A stretch of DNA of 64,000 nucleotides from Macrostomum lignano (lineage: Eukaryota), in NCBI GenBank assembly GCA_002269645.1, contig NIVC01000811.1:124001-188000 (forward strand), written 5' to 3'. Positions 51,701 through 64,000 of the stretch are shown one piece after another (the first letter of the stretch is position 1; the number at the start of each line of letters is the position of its first letter). The notes under the pieces were generated by a model. It searched no databases. It saw nothing but the letters and a program-made list of their open reading frames with translations, and was not told the DNA's origin. The position numbers and the translations under genes are program-made.

Positions 51701-52570
51701 AGTCAATTTGTATCAGTCACTTTCTGATAATCAGTTTGTGATATTCAGTTTGTGACAGTCAATTTGTGACAGTCAATTTGTGACAGTCAATTTGTGACAG
51801 TCAATTTGTGACAGTCAATTTGTGGCAGTCAATTTGTGACAGTCAATTTGTGACAGTCAGTTTGTGACAGTGACCCGTCAGACAAAGAACAGGGCCAGTC
51901 AACCCAGACAGATTGAAATTTCTATTCAGGGTAACGGGCTTCAATAACTCAGACTGGATAAACACACAGAGAGCGCAAAGGCAGTCTCTGGACACTGAAC
52001 TCTATTGCTCAAATTTAAGATGACTGTATTCTTTAAATTTGTAATAATTTTTGTAATAGCAGAAGGTAAAAACATCATCTTATAAAGGCTTGAAATGTCA
52101 ATTTTCTCTGTCTCGCCAATGCGTACTTATATTTCATGTACATGTATTCTGAGTGGCAATTGAAGGCTTTAACACGTCACTCCATTTCTTATTGACAGTC
52201 GCGTAATGGAAGCAATTAAAGTCTGAAATGTCAACGAGATCAATAAAAAGTTGACATTACTTTGTTTGAACTGTCATGCTGTCAGACTTGCCATTTTAAA
52301 TTTCTTTTTTTCAATGCTAAAGGCTTGGCCTTAGAAAGATAGCTGCTTTAGCTTAAATTCTTAAGCGTCGTATATAAACAGTCGTCGATATTTTGAGTCA
52401 GTATATTTATAAAGAAAAATTTAACAGAAACATATTCACACAAAAGCGCATCAATGTACTTCAATATTTAATAAAAAATATATATTTTTAATAAGCATAC
52501 CTACCTTTGCCTTACCTTTGTGAGACAGCGGGTTGAAATAATGATAAAGTCACCCAGAGGGAATGCTCAC

Positions 52571-55500
52571 CGGAGTCGCAGGCGGCCTCGAAGCTGCTCA
52601 CCAGCCCGACACCGTCAGCCTCCGCCAGTCGCAGCGTCGCCACGCCGACTGCCGACTCCGCTGCCAGAAGGCCTGCCGCGCCATGCCGCAGCTCGAGTCT
52701 CCCGCAGCAGGACGTCGCGTGCGGCTGCGCCAGGCTGAAGGTCGCTCGCTGACGCTCCGCCTCGGCGTCGGCACCGCCGCCGCTCGTCGGGCGAAACAGC
52801 GCCGCGGTGTCGTTGGCTCCGGTCGGCAGGATGCTCAGGAACCAGCCGGGAGCTGCCGCAGCTTCGAAGGACGCCGCCGACCGCCGGCGGAAGGCGGCCG
52901 CGCCAGCCGGGCTCAGAGCCGGTCGCTGCAGCAGCCTCAGGGGCAGCCAGTCGGTTGCTAACGCGTTCGGCGTAGCCATGGCAACCGGGACTGAGCTGCC
53001 GGTCGCGGCTGTGGACCAGTGCAGAAGTCGGCGGGTACCGCTGGATGTGTTCGGCTTGGCCTCCCAGAGCTCGAAGGCCTCGCCGCCGCCGCACAGAGTG
53101 GGAGCTGGGAGTGGAACGGGATTTTGAATTGCGGTTACCAGCTGTGCTAGAATAAAGGTTTCACATTGAGAGAAGTCAAGTTAGCTGATATTCATACTCA
53201 TAATTGTATTTTAAAGGCGTCAAGTAGCTGTCTGCGGTAAATCCGGCTGACTCTTGCGCTACGCGACCCCCAGACTTATTTATTGCGCGCCCGCCTTCAT
53301 TTGGGGCTTGTGTGCACGGATATTGGCCAGGTGGGGTGCGATTCACAGCCAAGAGGGCCAACAGCCGTTCTGTAGTTGTTATTATTATCGGACTTTAAGC
53401 GTCACTAAAAACTAATCCTCACCAACTGAAGCTGCGAACACCTGAATCTCGCAGATGGACAGCTGCGACGTCCCGTCAATGGTCATCCGAACCATCTGAC
53501 CAGTCCGGTCCTTGAGATGCACTCGCTGTTGAACTTGGCCAACTTTGTTGCCTCTAAATGACACGTTTGCCAGAGCAGTGCCGTTGGACGATGCGTCTTG
53601 CACTCCGTAAAACTGCAAACTGGTTTCAGCATTGGACGCTGCCTGAACAGCCAGAATGACTGAGGCTTCGTGCAACTGCACCGGACGCAGAAAGTCCACG
53701 AGAAGCCACGCGGTGGAGTCATTGGATGTTGCGATCGGCGAGTTGAAGCAGTTGCTGAGTTTGGCATCGACTGACAACTCAGTGCTGACTGCAGAACTGG
53801 CGGCGGTCGGCATGCCCTCCGACACGAGTGGAACTGCAAGTGGCGACAAATGATTGCTAAGCAAGCTCTAATCTATGCGAAAAAATCCATACGCAAAGCA
53901 CTCACAGACGTCCCAGCCGAAGACCTCGACCTCGCACAGGTTCATGATCAGCTGATTGGAAGCCAGACCCGTGACGTTCTTCTGCAGCACGATGAACCGT
54001 CCAACGAGCAGGATGTCCGAAAACGGTACTACCTGAGGACTCAGACTCGCCGGACCAGCGTAGTAATTCACCTGTGCGAACTGGCTCGGCGACCAGGTGA
54101 CCCACGACTGCGGATCCGATCCCACACCGAGAGTCACCTGTCGGAACCGAGTGTAGCAGCAGTCCTGACGGTTGTACACGTCCACTCGGTCGATGAGGAA
54201 GTCGCGCAGCAGGTCGATCATGAACCAGGGCGTCGGGTCGGAAGCGGAGGTCTCAGCGCACGAGCCGGAGCTCCATCTTCCATTGTGGTTTCCGTCCACC
54301 AGGGAGGACGCGTACAGCCCGGCGTAGTTGATGGTGGAGAAGCGGGCCGGCTGGCCGCGAGACCGCAGGGACGAAGCGGCTGAAAAAGCAGAGCTTTCAG
54401 AAAGTTAAACAACAATGACAGCTCACAGCTCCACAGAGGAGGTCCTCAGCCGACTCACCAGTGCTGCAGTTCACGGTGAAGCTCAGCTCGGCCGCTGTCA
54501 GTCCCACAGCCGACCCGCCTGCCTCAGTGGAGTTCGGCGACAAAAGTCCGACGAAAATCCCCGGCCGCAGGACGCTCTCAAAGCTGACACCGCCGTCTGC
54601 TCCGGACAGTCGAGTCCGAAAGCTGGCCGCAGTCAGCTGTGCCGCCGATGTGAGCGGAGTCGCGTCGAGTCTCGAGCCGTTGCCGGCCGTCAGGAACAGA
54701 GTCGGAGCGCCGTCGGACAACAGGAGAGCCAGAGTGTCCGGCTGAGCTGGCAGGAGGTTCACCGCTTCGAACATCGCCGGTCGGACGCACGGAGCGGCAC
54801 CGAGGGTCGCGGAAGCGACGAGGCTTTCGGTGGAGGCGTCGAGACAGAGTTGAGCAGCTGGAGTCAGCTGAGCAGCGAGACTGAGCTGCTCATTGGGACA
54901 CAGCGGTAGACCTGCATTCCAAGTTGGTGGGCTTGCAGTCAGAGTAAATTATTATGCTAATCTATTTGTGAAAATTTTACGATAGACTGGTGCTTGTAAA
55001 AGTGTGTGAATGGGCCTTTCGCTTGGCGTGCGATGCACCCCCATCTGCACAGAGTGAATTTATGATTTATGGTGATAGGAAAGTCAGGGCTGTCGTATGC
55101 ACTGCAGTTAGCTAGCTCAATTTCTACAAATGCAACCAAAATACAAAAATCTGGCGAACTTTTTTAGGCACTGGCATACAAAAAAATTCGCCTGGAACCG
55201 AGCAAGGAAGATGGGGGCCCGGTTCCTCCGCGGGGGGCTCGGCAGGGTCACAGGCACGTAGCAAAGCAGCAACAACAATCGCAGCGATTTTCTTTGAATT
55301 AAAAACTAGAGGCCGATTGTCGTTTCGAGCAGAGCAGCCCCCCCCCCCCCTATTCATTTGATGCAGCCAGCATGACTAGCAATTTTTCTGATGGATTGCA
55401 CGGTACACAGAGATGGCTGATCAATTCAATAGAAATATCTTCCCTTCTGGGAAACTACTCTAAATTCCAAGCGCATGCAGTTCATTGTTAGCAGACTGGT

Positions 55501-56493
55501 TGCCTTCTGACGTAAGGTTGTTGAGTAATGAGCAGTGGAGAATAATATAACGAATTCAAGGCCATTATAGCCCTTGTTTCTTCTTTAGTAAAGAAGAGGC
55601 TGTGTGACTACCAATTAGTGTTAGACTGGGGTTCGTGTCAGAGTGGTAAAGCTGCTTGATAGCTTAGGTAGTCTTGACTGTGTCTAGATCTATATGTGAT
55701 CTATAGATCTAGATCTATATCTATATCTGAGGTCTATGCTACAGAGTGGCAAGGTGCTGATTAGGTCTGAGTGATTACCTATGCCTGAGGGAGTAGGTCT
55801 ATGTCACAGAGTGGTAAGGTGCTGATTAGGTCTGAGTGATTACCTATGCCTGAGGGAGTAGGTCTATGTCACAGAGTGGTAAGGTGCTGATTAGGTCTGA
55901 GTGATTACCTATGCCTGAGGGAGTGGGTCTATGCTACAGAGTGGCAAGGTGCTGATTAGGTCTGAGTGATTACCTATGCCTGAGGGAGTGGGTCTTATGC
56001 TACAGAGTGGTAAGGTGCTGATTAGGTCTGAGTGATTACCTATGCCTGAGGGAGTTGGTCTATGCTACAGAGTGGTAAGGTGCTGATTAGGTCTGAGTGA
56101 TTACTTATGCCTGAGGGAGTAGGTCTATGTCACAGAGTGGTAAGGTGCTGATTAGGTCTGAGTGATTACCTATGCCTGAGGGAGTGGGTCTATGCTACAG
56201 AGTGGCAAGGTGCTGATTAGGTCTGAGTGATTACCTATGCCTGAGGGAGTGGGTCTTATGCTACAGAGTGGTAAGGTGCTGATTAGGTCTGAGTGATTAC
56301 CTATGCCTGAGGGAGTTGGTCTATGCTACAGAGTGGTAAGGTGCTGATTAGGTCTGGGTGACTACTTGTAACTTCGATACGCAGTTCCGTTGATTGCAAT
56401 AAACCCAAAAAGACAGGCAACAGTCTCACCTGAACAAAAGTCTGGAAGCTGAATTGCAGCCGAAAGAGCCATCAAGAGGGCGAGAGGCCTCAT
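52571..56493 (-). CDS. Secreted lectin-like protein copy B: signal peptide - AbfB - FTP - FTP - AbfB (3' end unresolved)
   Basis: Exons (-): 56493-56430, 54911-54459, 54379-53906, 53833-53423, 53104-52571 (534 nt, open; PALSP..AASFEAAAAPGWFL..RQRATF); all phase 1, GT-AG. Read-through at the last donor would end at the stop at 52512. Confidence 0.8.
55730..56358. repeat. ~64-bp tandem repeat, ~10 copies
   Basis: Reverse complement of 46199-46495. Confidence 0.9.
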
Positions 56494-56721
56494 CGTTTTG
56501 TCCTCGGTGTTGCAAAGCAATGCAGTGACAATCTTGAGCAGCAGTTTGGAACCCAAGAAGATGGAGAAAGAAATGAGCAGACAAGTTGTCTGCGAAGTCA
56601 CAGATCATCAGCATATACAGGTCTCTACCTGGAGCCTGATTGGCTTGAAGCAATTTGCCCAGCCACATGTGAATGAGCCTTCACTTGCCCCGTTAATGTT
56701 CACCTAAATGATTCAGATCTT

Positions 56722-58088
56722 AACGGCTAGCTGTATCTGATCTATAAGGCCTCTCTACCATTGTGTCTGATCTATAAGACCACTTTACCATTGTGTCTGA
56801 TCTATAAGGCCTCTCCATCATTGTGTCTTATCTATAAGGCCTCTCTACCATTGTGTCTGATCTATAAGGCCATTCTAGCATTGTTCGACCACTCTAACAC
56901 TGTTTCGGATCTATAAGGCCATTATAAACACTGTGTCTGATCTATAAGACCACTCTACCATTGTGTCTGATCTATAAGGCCTCTCTACCATTGTGTCTGA
57001 TCTATAAGGCTACTTTACCATTGTGTCTGATCTATAAGACCACTCTAACACTGTTTCGGATCTATAAGGCCACTATAAACACTGTGTCTGATCTATAAGA
57101 CCACTCTACCATTGTGTCTGATCTATAAGGCCATTCTAGCATTGTTCGACCACTCTAACACTGTTTCGGATCTATAAGGCCATTATAAACACTGTGTCTG
57201 ATCTATAAGACCACTCTACCATTGTGTCTGATCTATAAGGCCTCTCTACCATTGTGTCTGATCTATAAGGCTACTTTACCATCGTGTCTGATCTATAAGA
57301 CCACTCTAACACTGTGTCTGATCTATAAGGCCATTCTACCATTGTGTCTGATCTATAAGGCCTCTCTACCACTGTGTCTGATGTATAAGGCCATTCTACC
57401 ATTGTGTCTGATCTGTAAGGCCTCTTTACCACTGTGTCTGATGTATAAGGCCATTCTATCACTGTGTCTGATCTATAAGGCCATTTTACCATTGTGTCTG
57501 ATCAATAAGGCCTCTTCATCGTTGTGTCTGATCTATAAGGCCTCTCCATCATTGTGTCTGATCTATAAGGCCTCTACCATTGTGTCTGATCTATAAGGCC
57601 GCTCTACCATTGATCTGATGTATAAGGCCATTCTATCATTGTGTTTGATCTATAAGGCCATTCTATCATTGTGTCTGATCTATAAGGCCTCTCTACCACT
57701 GTGTCTGATGTATAAGGCCATTCTATCATTGTGTCTGATCTATAAGGCCTCTCTACCACTGTGTCTGATGTATAAGGCCATTCTATCCCTGTGTCTGATC
57801 TATAAGGCCATTCTATCATTGTGTCTGATCTATAAGTCAACTCTACCATTGTGTATGATCTATAAGGCAACTCTACCATTGTGTCTGATCTATAAGGCCA
57901 CTCTACCATTGTGTCTGATGTATAAGGCCATTCTATCACTGTGTCTGATCTATAAGGCCATTCTATCATTGTGTCTGATCTATAAGGCCTCTCTATCACT
58001 GTGTCTGATGTATAAGGCCATTCTATCACTGTGTCTGATCTATAAGGCCATTCTATCACTGTGTCTGATCTATAAGGCCATTCTACCA
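56722..58088. repeat. 30-bp minisatellite, reverse orientation, uninterrupted
   Basis: Explains the [10 protein letters not shown] ORFs. Confidence 0.93.
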
Positions 58089-58369
58089 TTCTGTCTTATG
58101 TTAATAGCTGCAATTTTCATATAGACTAGTTCTGCTTGCATTGCACTTTTATTACTGTCGTGCCATATTTTCTAATCAGCCACTACCCGAGACAGATATG
58201 CTCTCTATCCTTCCATCCATGGACTACTTAGCGGAGCATCTGGACTGGCCAAAAAACAAGAAAATTTGGCGAAAAAATGCTTCAAATATTTTCGTAACGA
58301 GTTTCTCCTCTCGTTATTAGAAAAATTCAAACTAAAAATCTCAGTCCAGATTTCCCATAGTAGTAGTCC

Positions 58370-63831
<5,462 letters not shown>

Positions 63832-64000
63832 GTGAGCTGGTGTTTTGTTTGTTTTCGCCTTTCTGTGCCCTGTGTACATAATTGTTCTTGCTAATTGGTG
63901 TATTGGATTGCTAATCTACTCATACTCATAGCCAGCATCACGGATAAAGGAATAGAATGAAGTGAACAACAACTGATATATTTGTAGTTTATAATAGGGA

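Larger units (their letters stand above)
45300..57250. repeat. Large inverted segmental duplication: arms ~45300-48786 and 53401-~57250, spacer 48787-53400 (4614 bp)
   Basis: Inner junction: ...GAGGATTAGTTTTTAGTGAC ends at 48786 and its reverse complement starts at 53401; mirrored ORFs are near-identical; outer ends merge into the 30-bp arrays (outer coordinates approximate). Confidence 0.93.

Overview
Eukaryotic (metazoan) genomic DNA with short, GC-rich exons and introns largely filled by intron-specific tandem repeats. The style suggests a free-living flatworm such as Macrostomum; that is an inference, not established. Most long ORFs in the supplied track are translations of tandem repeats, so I rebuilt the real genes by hand from GT-AG splice sites and exon phases. 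In order: an intronless rhodopsin-type peptide GPCR (7017-8348, -); a 7-exon TMEM184B-like gene (12247-21647, -); head-to-head with it, a 3-exon gene encoding a SUMO-like-domain protein without a C-terminal di-Gly (22934-24909, +); a 14-exon DNAI4/WDR78 axonemal dynein intermediate chain (26995-41658, +, first exon not found); two near-identical, convergent copies of a secreted modular lectin-like gene (signal peptide-AbfB-FTP-FTP-[AbfB], one domain per phase-1 exon) forming a ~3.5 kb-arm inverted duplication (~45300-48786 / 53401-~57250); and a HUNK-like/AMPK-related kinase (58370 to past the window end, +) whose kinase-domain exons 3-6 are flanked by two reverse-complementary 14-bp arrays. 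Mobile DNA: a hAT-type MITE with TIRs and an 8-bp TSD carrying a satellite, a solo LTR with a 4-bp TSD inside a minisatellite, a 5'-truncated RT-RNase H LINE, a decayed Ty3/Gypsy pol relic and a possible Crypton relic. All domain and family calls come from motif recognition by eye; no database searches were run.
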